Shown: positions 51,157-63,505, numbered from the whole stretch's first letter. The stretch: 63,986 bases of DNA, filler included, from Choristocarpus tenellus KU-1152 (GCA_964200185.2; 12 parts of 12 records of this genome joined end to end with filler, not necessarily neighbours in it); one strand, 5' to 3'. The notes: generated from the sequence alone by a model not told the origin. A program made the numbers and translations.

Positions 51157-54100
51157 CTAAGTCCGAGACTTGGAACGAAATTGGGGGATATGTACCACAA
51201 TAACACACACTACTGTAGCATTACCAACTAAACGGTGCATGAAAAGTACATGTATTTGATGGATGCATCCATCTTGTGCATCCTGCATAAAAACCAGTTT
51301 CCGTCCTTATTGGTACGTTTTGAAAGATCAGCACCTACCTCTTACGTAAAATACTCAAGTGCTAAAGCGCCTCACCCACCTTTGTACGGCTAAACTACTT
51401 CACAGAAGTAAAATAGAGTACAAATTACAGTGTAGCGAACAAACTTGTGAGGGAGCATTGTTGTCAAATGGTGGTAAGTTTTTTGTATGTGAGGATTACT
51501 ATAATTTCATCACAACAGTGGTGGTTGACTTACATAGTTTCTTTTTCCGATATAAATGTCCAAAATGTTTGAAGACGTAATAATGTTACAGGCGCCCCTC
51601 AATGCTCACCTTCCAGGATGTACAACTCCAATCCAACGACCTTAAAACGATGCTANNNNNNNNNNNNNNNNNNNNNNNNNNNNNNNNNNNNNNNNNNNNT
51701 TAATTAATTAANNNNNNNNNNNNNNNNNNNNNNNNNNNNNNNNNNNNNNNNNNNNTTACTCTACCAGATCTGGTGGGTTATTGCCACATGCCTTACTATT
51801 TCGTGTTTTGCATCACTTGTCATATAAGCAAGCAAGCGCACACTACTTCAAAGGCATCCTATACTCAGATGGGGGTCTATTTTTGCCATTCTGGGTATTT
51901 AGAACTGTTAAAACCTTCTGCATGACACCCTATTTCCCATACCTGAAATGCCACCAACCTCCCTCAGGAAACTGTAGATGTAGAAGAGGAGACAAGCGTT
52001 TGTCCCTGATAACACACAATCGCCCTCCAGATTGCTAGATGCACATGTGGTAGAGGGCAATCATGGGGGCGACCCAAAATGCTCTGATAGTGACACCACC
52101 CTCACTCAGGATAGGGTGACTTATCACCATTATAGTAGAATCCGTTCGGATTATGGCTGGACTTGTTTTGAAACTGAAAATGACAAATAAAAGGATATAT
52201 AAAAACATATTTTGGATGTACTATGGAGAGATGGGAGATGAGAATCCTCAGGGAGGCAACTTTCCTACATGCATGATTCTATACTACTGGTACAATTTTA
52301 TTATCATTATTATTATTAATTTTAGTAGTAGCAGTAATAGCAGTAGTAGTAGTAGTATTCCTGTTCCTATTTTTTCCCTGTGAAAAGTAATCTATGCTTC
52401 AATATTACTCATCATATCTTGCCTACTATACCTCATTTGGGTAGGGACTGAATACCTTTGGATGGGATAGATGCAACAACTGTGTAAAATACGGTTTTTG
52501 TCGCACTTAATTACGAGACCTTTTCCCAGTCCGGTGTCACTCATCGTACTGGGTTACTTGCCTACTTGTGGTTGGAAAGTACACATGCGGTTGTGGTTTA
52601 TGGTCTGATAGGCCTTAAAGTGGAACTCCTCATCAATACTTCGAAGAATATATGTACTCAACATCATCTTCCTCCCCTCCCCAAACCCCACCCTGTCATC
52701 ACAATCACGTTGGTGTGTCCACCACGTCCTAGGCACCCTTTGACACACAGTGCTCACTCTAAGACCAAAACAACAACAGTACCCCTCCTATCAAGATCTG
52801 GGCAGAGGTACAGTACTACTTGGGAATTGGTGAGTTTCATCCACTGGAACAAGGGTTGGGTACCCAGATGAGTACTCCCGCCTACCAATTATTTTTTTTC
52901 ACTCTTTTGTAATTCATTCACCCATATCTTTATTTCTATGGATGAAGTTCTGAGTTAGACCTGAGAGCACTATTTCTCTGTTTGAAACTTTCCCGACACA
53001 AGATAATATCCTAGACACGTCGGTAAAAAAATCCGAATTTTGCACATATAATATTTGTCGGTCTCCTTAAAATGTAACTATGGGTACCTCTCATTTACTA
53101 CCCCTCAGATACTTTTTCACAGTGTATCATGCGTTGTTAATTTGATCGCTCTTCTGACTCACCGTTACTGTTGTATGAATTGTGTCGACATACCTACCCT
53201 TCAACCTTGTGTGCCTTGAGTGAATCAGAGCAACTGAAGAGAAGAGTTGACTCTACTAAGATCCTCACAAAAATACTCCCACTCACGTTGCTTGCTGAGG
53301 AAGGCGGCAAGTTTCTTGTAATCAACACCACCAGTACCAAATTATGCCACTACAGACACCACCCCCACTACCCTACAAATAGATACATACGCCACTGCAC
53401 CTAACTTTTCTACTTACAAGCAAAAACAGGATCTATTGACAAGTACCTACCACATTAGCTTAGGATCGGCGGTGTAGAATGGCAAGAAGAGGATATTTTG
53501 GCAAGGCCCAGCACAGCCCTGTGGTGTGCGAGTGGCTCACAAGTCATGGAGGATGCCCCAACTTTACTGCAGTAAGGTTAAGAGTTGGGCAGCAAGGGAT
53601 CTATTACATTTGTATAACGTGCAGTGCCTACTGCTGCTACTACAACTGAATAAAGGGGGGCTATTCCCAATGCTTCCAATCGTACAGGAGTCTTCTTTCT
53701 TCTAACTGTTGCTCCCTTGGCGGGATGTGGATGGATTCTTGGACTATTTGATGATCAACCAGTAACCACCCCACAAGCCAAAACTGCCTCCAACAGTAGA
53801 AACAGACTTGACTCAACATAGCAGAGTTATTGCAGTTCAGACACACAGACCAACTAAACGATGAAACTTCATGTATTTCCTCAGCACTAAAGTCTGCATC
53901 ACATAAAACAAGACAGTGCGCAAAATGCACACAATTGAGAGTACCTAAAAAAAAGCGTCCATCAGGGTCCCCCTAATCAGCCGGGGGATCTCTAGTCAAT
54001 TTGTGCCGCTTTGCATATCTAAATGAAGAAAAAATAGAGCACATTGATGGCACTCTCATTAGCATCACAATTTTACCACCTTCACGTTGCCATCATCATG

Positions 54101-55515
54101 GCACAACCACACCTTGATTTTTCAAAAAATAATGCGATGGCCCCTTCAGCCCAGCAAATATCCCCCCTCAGAAAAAAAATATAAAAAGGGTCCTTGGGTT
54201 CATAGGCCATCTTCAAGTATACAAATAGCCAAAGTTACGTTCGGAGCTATGTGGCAACGATGTTCGTTCTGATAATCACCTGATGGGTCTTGAAATAAAA
54301 GAATACAAGTCTAGACGCTATTCCTAGTGACAATATATATTTTTTTGGAAAATACACATCACTAAACAAGACTGTATATTGAAGATCAAATATCATCTAC
54401 CCACCTCCCCCCCCTCCTCAGCCTCATAATGCATTGCTCTCACTTCTCCGCCCCACAGACAGCTACACGCCTACAACACAGGAACATCCACTAAAAAACA
54501 CAGTTATTACCTCATCCCCTCTCCTTTCTGCCCACTACCCTCAACTCCTCATCCTTCCAGTCTTCACTCCTCAGCAGAACAAAGGGTTGTTTCTCTTCCT
54601 CACAACTACACACACACAAACACACACCAACCCTTCTAGGTAGTCATTCCACAACCATACTCCCCCTGACATGAATCGGAACCTCTCCTATGAATACAAA
54701 CTTTTTCAATAATAAACAAATCGCAACATTCACATCCCTCTGTTTCATCCTTCTTCACCCCTCCGCCTCCTCAACAGAACCAGTCGTGGCTGGAGCTCCA
54801 AGCCCCTGCTGTACTACCTTCATCTCTTCACCCTCCTGAGTTTCTCGACATCCCGCCTCCTGCATTAAATCCCCCCCCCCCCCCCCCCCCCCCCCCCACC
54901 CCCCCNNNNNNNNNNNNNNNNNNNNNNNNNNNNNNNNNNNNNNNNNNNNTTAATTAATTAANNNNNNNNNNNNNNNNNNNNNNNNNNNNNNNNNNNNNNN
55001 NNNNNCCCCCCCCCATTCACATCAATAACAAGCATGCTTGTTCCCCCCCTATTGGTTGGAAAAGAAAGTCTCACTAACTGCTATAAAATTTTCTGAAAAA
55101 TAAGTTGTTGAGAGAGGCAGCACTCCTCTCAGTGTCCTTGGAAGGAGAACATTTACACTCATTCAACAAGCACCTGAAAACACCAACTCAGCAATGTGCA
55201 CACCAAATAGATCTACACATAACACCTACAAATGACTACCCCCCCCAAAAAAAACAAAAACATACTAACCGTAACAACTAGACCTTGCTTCAACCTACAC
55301 AAGACATAAATCCTCATTTCACCTGATCCATTGCCATCCAATCAAATCTATTAGATGTGTTGCTTATTATTCCTGCAGCAAAATCCTACAGGAGGGATCT
55401 TGTCAGCCACCGCTCTGCATTCTCCCTCCTCTGACACTGCAACAGGAGCCCCACGTAAAATGCCTACTGCTGCTTCCTTTCCTGTGATAATATGTTCTCT
55501 GTCTCAAGAGTCCTA

Positions 55516-57384
55516 TCAGGCACAATGCACATCCGTTTGGCCATTCTCCCCCCCCCCACAGCGAAAGCACCATGACCCTACGAGGGTCACATGGTCATCA
55601 ACTGTATAGAGCTCTTCATGCAGCTCTACATGTCCAACTCCAGAGCTTCCCTGCCCTCCTCTCCATGAAATCTCATATACTGATCGGCCCACCTTCCGCT
55701 CGGCATCGAAGGCCACCACCGTCCCGAAATGCCAGCCGTCCTCCTTCCGATAGTATATCCGTGAATTGATCATTCCAGGAGTTCCGTCTCCTGGACCAAG
55801 AAGACGATTAGGAAGAAGTGTGAAGCCCTTCTCCACATGCCTCCCTCCCCTCCACCTTGCAAGGCGGTGCTTGACAAACTCTCCTTTATGCAGACAGTGG
55901 GCAAGGTGGCGGTTACCCCCATAGATGATAGAGCCGACCGCCGCTGCTCCTACTCCCCGTTCTCCTCCAAACATTCTCAGTTCTCGAACTACTTCAAGCT
56001 TTCCCTGTTCGGAAGCCAGTTCAATAGGAGTGTCCCCATTGGTTGCCTGAGCTCCTCTATCCGCTCCGGCCGTGAGAAGCACTCGCACCACGTCCACATG
56101 CCCACTGTAAGCGGCCAAATGAAGAGGTGTGTGACCCCCTTCCGCTGATACGCCATGATCTGCCCCTGCCGCTAGTAGCTCGCTTACCACCTCTGCGTGA
56201 CTTCCCCCCTGCGCAGCAATATGAAGGGGAGTAGCGCCTCCGATCATGAGGACTCCGTGGTCGGCTCCGGCACCAAGAAGCTCCCGCACAATGTCTCCAC
56301 TCCCCCCCTTGGCGGCAAGATGAAGGGGTGTGACATCGTCCTCCATTGCCAGTTTGGGGTTGACCCCAGCCTCTAGCAATTCCCGCACCGCCTCAACATG
56401 TCCCTCACCAACAGCAAGGTGGAGTGCGGTTGCCCCGTCAGGGGCCGTTTTATCCAGATTTTGCTCAACCTTGAGCAGTTCCTGCAACACTTCCACGTGC
56501 CCAAAAATAGAAGCAAGGTGAAGGGGAGTGTAGCCATCGTCTGTCTCAAGTCCGGCTTTTGCCCCTGCTCCCAGTAATTCCCGAACAACCTCGGCGTGAC
56601 CATCTTCAGAGGCGAGATGAAGTGGAGTGTAGTGTGCATCCTTGGAGAATACAGCATGGTCAGCCCCCACCGCCAAAAGTTCTCTCACTATCTCTGCATG
56701 TCCACCTTGGGCTGCCAGGTGAAGGGGGGTGATATCGTTCTCCATAGGGACCCCATTCTTTACCCCTGCCCCCAGAAGAGCTAGCACAACCTTTGAGTGC
56801 CCCTCATCCGCAGCAAAATGCATAGCAGTTGCGCCATCCGACGTGGTCATTTCATTATCTACTCCGGCCGCGACCAGTTCCTTCACCACATCCACATACC
56901 CACCAATAGCGGCAAGATGGAGAGGGGTATCACCGTTCTCCATCGGTACTCCAGGGTTCACACCGGCCCCTAGTAGTTCGCGAACAACCCTCGCATGACC
57001 AGCGCAAGCTGCGGCGTGAAGTGGAGTGTAGCCTTCAGTAACAAGAAGTTCGTGGTCTGCACCAGCAGCCTGAAGGACTTGCACCACTTCCACATGCCCG
57101 AAGTGGGAAGCAAACAGCAGAGCTGTTTCTCCCTTCTCAGTTCGAACTCCTGCATCAGCCCCAGCCCCTAAAAGTTTACGGACCACCTCTACCTGCCCAC
57201 ATCCAGCAGCAAGATGTAGTGGCGCGTAGTTGCCGTTCTTCATAGTAGGGAGCAGTTCGCACTGCCCAACCCTTGGCATATCCCATAAGATATCAACAAG
57301 TCCATTGCAAGGATCTACGACGTGATTTGGGACAAAGGAAGGCCGTGTGATAGCCTGAGAGGTGACAACATTGTGGTGGCCCAT
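55516..57384 (-). CDS. Ankyrin-repeat protein (13 consecutive repeats) with a C-terminal Tudor/SH3-like beta domain, in one uninterrupted ORF
   Basis: 622-aa ORF with 13 x about 33-aa GxTPLHLAA..GH.EVVRELL.AGA repeats and the tail RIYYRKEDGWHFGTVVAFD...YEISW. The true start is uncertain (possible acceptor near 57355 or Met at 57243). Confidence 0.88.
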   Translation of the reverse strand: MGHHNVVTSQAITRPSFVPNHVVDPCNGLVDILWDMPRVGQCELLPTMKNGNYAPLHLAAGCGQVEVVRKLLGAGADAGVRTEKGETALLFASHFGHVEVVQVLQAAGADHELLVTEGYTPLHAAACAGHARVVRELLGAGVNPGVPMENGDTPLHLAAIGGYVDVVKELVAAGVDNEMTTSDGATAMHFAADEGHSKVVLALLGAGVKNGVPMENDITPLHLAAQGGHAEIVRELLAVGADHAVFSKDAHYTPLHLASEDGHAEVVRELLGAGAKAGLETDDGYTPLHLASIFGHVEVLQELLKVEQNLDKTAPDGATALHLAVGEGHVEAVRELLEAGVNPKLAMEDDVTPLHLAAKGGSGDIVRELLGAGADHGVLMIGGATPLHIAAQGGSHAEVVSELLAAGADHGVSAEGGHTPLHLAAYSGHVDVVRVLLTAGADRGAQATNGDTPIELASEQGKLEVVRELRMFGGERGVGAAAVGSIIYGGNRHLAHCLHKGEFVKHRLARWRGGRHVEKGFTLLPNRLLGPGDGTPGMINSRIYYRKEDGWHFGTVVAFDAERKVGRSVYEISWRGGQGSSGVGHVELHEELYTVDDHVTLVGSWCFRCGGGENGQTDVHCA

Positions 57385-58579
57385 TGTTATTGCTATTGTG
57401 GAATTGTCCTTCGATGTCTGTTCCAGATGTACTTTACTGTATTGTTTACGTTCCTACCAATAAAACATAATAATACACTTACCATTGACTGACTGATACT
57501 GCTAACCCTAGGGTCACGACATGTACGGACATTAGGAGACAATACGGTCGTACCACACTTTCCCAGTGGCCAGTTAGGAACACTTATTTGCAGCGTGCTG
57601 ATTCTAAGAGATCACTGGTGGTCGCCATCAAGAACCTATTCTTCACCCAAAGATTCGAGATGCCTCCAACACATCCCCTACTCATTAACAAGATAAACAG
57701 AAAATTGGCAACGAATATTTATAGAAAGAGAAGATACTGATGTGATCCCATTCGTCAAGTTCTGTCATCATGATCTAACTTATTCATAGATAGGTAGAAC
57801 TTGTCCCTTTCTTCAACTTAGTGTTAGTTTAGTTTGTAGCAATCTGGTAAGTTTCAGTCTTTTTACAATATATTACTTCCATGTCGGACTCTGTCCACTC
57901 TTCTTCTTAACCTTACAAACCTCATCCTTCACATTAGTCTACCCCTAATTCACACAAGGTTGGGGGATGATACGGTGATATACATCAACAATACAAATTG
58001 TAATATTTGGGAAACTACATATAGAACAGAAGAATCGTAAATATGTGAAATATGTGTGGTCTGTATCATAAATCTTTGGTTGTTATGTAACCAATAATAC
58101 TCTTACAACAATGTGAAGCCGATTAACATCAGAACGATAAGTTGGGTGAACTAGAGAAAAGTGGCTTCCATTCTTCTTCGGTTTAATCGTGATAGAGAAA
58201 ATGAACCTTTGCTTTTTTCTCCGGTTACTTTTGGTCGTCGATATGCACGGACGTGGAGTAGACTTTATCTAGCAAAGAGTCCTGGAGAAAACGGAAGTGG
58301 GGATATCCAGGCCATCGGTTATCCAAAAACACCTAAACTGTGGACAGTTACATAACGCCCCAATAACAATGGCAAACAAAAGCCCAATAGAGTCCTCATG
58401 GTTGGCACTCAATACCTTCTGCTACGAATAATTGGTTCTGGTGGAGAACGAGGATGAGGAGTCGCAGATCGTGGTGGAGAGGTAATATTGTCTTGTGTAT
58501 CCACGTCCCAATAATATTGGGAGTAGCGATAGATGCAGATGCTCCGAGCTCAGAGTGTCGGCCACCAAGAGTCTAGGGG

Positions 58580-59575
58580 TGGAGGAAATTTCCTCGTATG
58601 TTCCGCGTCCCCTATCCCTTATATATACAATTCGTAGAAGAAGCAAGGCAGCAGAGTTGGCTTGACAGAGGCAGGGCTGATGCCACTGGTCACCCAGGTA
58701 TCCCTCCGAAAGCGAAGGTTTGGCGATCTTGCACATCCTCTAAGGAATTGCACAGGATAATGTGTTTATTTCACTGGGATGAGTGAGAGTACGGCACAAG
58801 AGGTTTGAGTCTATTCAGTCTAATTAACCCTGGTGCTGTGTGGAGAGATATGAGGATAATGATGTGGTCAACAAATAAATTCACTAGTTCTCGCACTAAT
58901 CACATAAATGGTAGACACCATTTTGTTTGTGAGCCAAAGTATCTTAGAGGGTAGAGCCGCGTCCATTTGGTGGTCAAAATCCAATGTTGCAATTTGATGT
59001 CATTTTAGCTATCATGTTTGTTAGCTAGTGTCAATACCTATGTTTCGGACACACCTTTTCACAACGAATACATTTTACCTGCTTGGAAATATTACCTACT
59101 TGGAAACATTTCGGAGTAGGAAGATGTCATTAAAAAACCGATGGGAAGCCAAGCCCCAAATGGACAAACGGGACAAATCTCGTACCCTCTAAGATACTTT
59201 CACTCTGTGGACCTTCACGTGAACTGGGGGATGTTACTTTTACATATCTGCACTGCATAACAGAGAGCTGATGAGCACCTTTTCATGTTTTTGTGAGAGT
59301 GTCACCACACTCCTGCACAATGTTAACTGGTTGTCAATGTGTTCTCGTTCATCAGGCACACATTGTGTTCGAGTACCACTTGCACAAAGAGTGTTCACAT
59401 ATTCATCCATCACCTCTGCCTCTGTACCAAAAACACAGTGGGTGTGCCTCACGCGGACATACAAGGCCAGCCTATAGAAGACCATCGGAAATGGAGTCAG
59501 CGCTTGGAGAGTGTGAGAAAGGATGTAGAGTGCTTCTTTGGGGTACTCAAATGCCGCTTTGATACGGTTGAATAA
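58580..59575 (+). mobile_element. Decayed PIF/Harbinger (PHIS)-type DDE transposase, interrupted by a MITE
   Basis: FRVPYPLYIQFVEE...DATGHPGIPPKAKV, GMSESTA and WSQRLESVRKDVECFFGVLKCRF are the N- and C-terminal Harbinger transposase motifs. Frameshifted, with the middle largely lost. Confidence 0.8.
58931..59205. mobile_element. MITE subfamily B, TSD TGT
   Basis: TGT|GAGCCAAAGTATCTTAGAGGGTA ... TACCCTCTAAGATACTTTCACTC|TGT. Confidence 0.9.
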
Positions 59576-60959
59576 GGTGGTACCAGTAGCTTCGCCCTCT
59601 GTGGCAGTTCTGCTTTTTCTCACTGGAATGCCGCAACAGATATGCAACAATATATATATCAAATGAAGCTTGTGACAAGACCGTTTGAAGGTTTGTATGC
59701 AGGAATATAGAAACTTAAGTAAACGGGAACTATGTCCCGATAAAATAATGGAAAAAACGCTGGGGAATATCTCCACTCATAAACTCCGGTGCAATTTTGA
59801 AGGTCACGACTTCAAAACTTGCAAAAATGAAGTGGTTGACTGAACTCCTTGCAGAAAACTGGTCCGGGGTACGTCGCTGCCCAAGTTTGGCTGCTGCGGC
59901 CCTCACCGAAAAAAAAGAAAAGAAAACAAGATTTTCCTCTTCTTAACGCCTTTTGCAGACTTTTTGTGAGCACACACAAACATGACTTATACAACAACAT
60001 GAACCATGACGGTGAGACAAGGAGAGCAGCCGAGGCCACTCTGCCCTCTGGATCTACCTTCGGCACCTTCTCTGTTGAGAGGGGCTGGAAAAACAAGTAC
60101 CGTGTGAAATTCAGTGCGATGTTAGGTGACAAGAAAGTGCGAGTAGTGTGGCCCAGCAGCATGATCAAATCGCAAAATGGACCACACAGTCTCGACACTG
60201 ACGCTGAGAGAACATGCATGGAAAGCATTACCACACAAACGTGGTTGGATCTTCAACCACGTCGGAGCATTGCTCTGCAGTCTCTGCCGCCTTGGGAAAG
60301 CAGGAAGAGAACAGCGAGTCCATCACCAGGTGTGGTACAATGATGAAGTCTGTGGGGAATCCTGGTCACAGCAGGCGAAGGGATAACCAGAGTGGCCGGT
60401 CGAAGGGAACGTTAGGGAGGAGAGCAGTGCGACTATGTACCATCGCGCTCAGGAAACGCCTAAGTGAAATCCGGGGGTAGAATATCTTAGTAGTCAACAG
60501 TTGCAGCAGGCCCTAGCTGTTTGGAAGTTATGTGAGCCAGAGTGGCGCATCATTTGTGTTTGAGCTAATTACATTATTAGGCGCGGTATCATGTGCATTA
60601 TTAGTAATGTTTATATTGCCCGTTACATTAATGCTTTCATTGCCGGCAGATCTAGTTTTAGATTTATCTGAGCCGTAAAATATGTTTCCACCGACTACCA
60701 GCTTCTCTTCTATAATTGCTTGACTATGTTCTTCCATTTCTGCAAAGGTTTTCTCTATTACTTTTTCTACCGGCTCATATTTCTGTGATGGCTCTTTGTA
60801 GTTATAATATTCGGCTGGCTTAGGAAACGAGAAAGAAGGTGTTAGGGTTGGGCTACAAGGGCTCTAAATCCCGAAAGAAGGTAACCCGTTTCCGGCGCTC
60901 AACGAGGAAATGTGATACTAAAGGCTCTAACACTGCGAATCCTGTACCTGTGTATGAAC

Positions 60960-61126
60960 GATGGGAAAGACCGTCAAACAGAGCTTGAGATGGCAGTAGG
61001 ATAGGTGATGGTCAGGTCGGAAACTGTAAGTAAATGGGAGAAAGACTTCCTAACTAAGGGCCATATCAAGGTATCGGAGCAAGGGCGCGATGATAGGCGT
61101 TTCGTTCTGGGCCTCGACGAGGACAT
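60960..61126 (+). mobile_element. Probable transposase HTH fragment (IS630/Tc1-like), cut by the linker
   Basis: SETVSKWEKDFLTKGHIKVSEQGRD resembles the TIxxWxxxFxxxGxLxxSxQGxH helix-turn-helix segment of Tc1-like transposases. Confidence 0.35.
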
Positions 61127-62102
61127 NNNNNNNNNNNNNNNNNNNNNNNNNNNNNNNNNNNNNNNNNNNNTTAATTAATTAANNNNNNNNNNNNNNNNNN
61201 NNNNNNNNNNNNNNNNNNNNNNNNNNTATTTGTTTGACCGAAACACACACACACCTCACAAACCACCCCCCCCCGCCCCCCAGATACTTTGACCCCCAAC
61301 AGCAACAGCATAAGATCTACTTTGGTGGTATCATTTAGCCATCGGTGGTATGATACGACTTTTGAAGCCAAAATAGGGTAGTATAAAGGTTGATAATGTT
61401 TGAGAGTAGAAGTATTGCTCGAAATTCTCCTCTTCTTCTTGTTTTGAGAGCCATTTATGTATGTAGTGTGTGTCGTTTGTGCAGCAAGGGAGAGTGTTCT
61501 TCAAATATCGTGCGGTCGATGCACTCTAAGATACTACTGGATGAGTGGACGATGGGAGTTAGAACCACAGTGACGGATCTACCAACCGATTGTTGCCGTG
61601 TTCTCAGCGAATTCTCATTGCGCATCTAATGTATGACATCTTGTACCAAAGGTGACCATTGATCGATGTGCTACAGTCAATTTTCTGTTATTTACACACT
61701 AGGTTCATTGTAGACAAGTGAGAAATCATTGGATATTTTACATACACAATGACAAACCCCACATTGTAAGATTACGACATTAAACCCCTACGTATTCAAG
61801 CGAGCGAAATCAAACCTCTTCCAACTCTCGTACTTCGAACATACACACTCTCACGAAGTCATACCATGCTGTTAAAGCACATCATATATTTACGGCCAGG
61901 TCCAAGAGACTGTTCTAGATGACTCTAAAATTACGCGATGCAATTCCGGCTTGAACCTCCCAAAGGAAACCCAAAAGGAGATGGCAACAAAATAATGACC
62001 GTGTCAAGAAATTTGTTTGTCATGGTGAAAGCTTAGAAATGAATCCTTGTGAAGGGGATTAGTTCTACACAGATTTTTCTGGAAATAGTAACTGTATGGA
62101 TG

Positions 62103-62283
62103 GACTCAAAAAGTATCTGGGGGGGGGAGGGATCTACACCAGGGTGTCCATTTGGGTCCTGACCAGGAGAAGTGCACTTACATTATCCATCCTACGCATG
62201 CAACCAAATCATCCAAAAATCGCTACATGGAAAAATGGGCCGTGAATGGACAGCCGCCACCTCACCCCCCAGATACTTTATGC
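62103..62283. mobile_element. MITE subfamily A (opposite orientation to 16718)
   Basis: AAAGTATCTGGGGG ... CCCCCAGATACTTT; internal sequence is the reverse complement of the 37596 copy. Confidence 0.85.
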
Positions 62284-63505
62284 AACGAAAGCTTTGTAGT
62301 CAGTCAGAAGAGGCTAAGCTTACTATATTAGATTAGGTACCACACAAACACGCCACCTGTATTCGGAAAACCTTACGCATGATGACCAAGTCTATTGACT
62401 AAATAAATCGCCATATAAATTGGTTCGGTAGGTTCCTTCCTGTAACAAACCCTGCCAAAATCAACACATAGGGTCAAAAGTATCGCCTCAAGACCTACCA
62501 ATATATGAACCCTTTAACAAAAAAAACTAGACTGTACCCCACAATAAAATAAAATCCTACAGACAGCCTCGAAGGTGGAGATCAATAAAACAATAAATTT
62601 CGTTCTTAAAGCAAAAATGATGAAAATCCCCAGCCAGAGTACTTATCATGCTCTGCAGACTGTGTGTGGGGATATATGCCTCATGTCTTCAATGTTCTAG
62701 AACTTCTCGAGAGATGCTGTTACGACTGTATTTTGCCTCTTACGGTACAGACCACCGTGTCAGCATACATACATACCCAGCAGAATCAACAAGATAAAAC
62801 AAGAGAGCAGCCATCCTAAAAATGTTCGTGCGCCCTGTATGTTAAGTAGCATACAAAAATACCCTTCATCCGCATTTCAACATCAAGAGCATAAAGGGTT
62901 GGTCGACCATTGGCATATTCTAAACACAGGCACCTCTTGTCTGCACACATTTTCGATGACCTTGTCTTAACTGTGGATTATGATCTCGTGCTTTCTTCTA
63001 TCTATGGCAAAATTCAAATGATGGAAAAAAAGTCAATTTCACTCAACATCCCCTGTCGTCACCACCCCTTGCCCCCTCATCACACCGACAATCTTTTCAT
63101 TCTACCAGTGTGAACAAACAAATCCACTGATCACCACCACCCAGTAGTTGCCGTCCATTGTGCACCAGATTACAAGCATTCAACATGTTTCAACCCACAA
63201 AACATCGTGACAATTATGTATCCATGTGATCATATCTGAGCTTTGAAACAGAGCATCCCCAATCCCCCACACCCCACACCTCTGCTTCAAACTCTACATG
63301 GGTCTCCCTTCAGCTACTGCAGTTCTCTCTGACACTGAGCAAACCACTGCACTGGTACTAGAGGGCATCATCACGGCAAAGCCCATTATCAATGGCAACT
63401 GCAAAGCCCACAAACCCTGCTGTGAAACATAATCAACACCACCTAACAGACCTCCCTCTCTCTCTCTCTCGCTGTCCAACCCCCCTTTCTAAATTACCCC
63501 TCTTC

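Noticed and set aside
52560-54860. Scattered minus-strand exon-like segments
   Set aside because: I could not build a phase-consistent chain or recognise a domain.
8870-61126. Fanzor/TnpB RNA-guided nuclease associated with the transposon relics
   Set aside because: No RuvC-I/II/III or zinc-ribbon motif set was seen next to the mariner, Sola-like or Harbinger sequences, although contig truncation prevents full exclusion.
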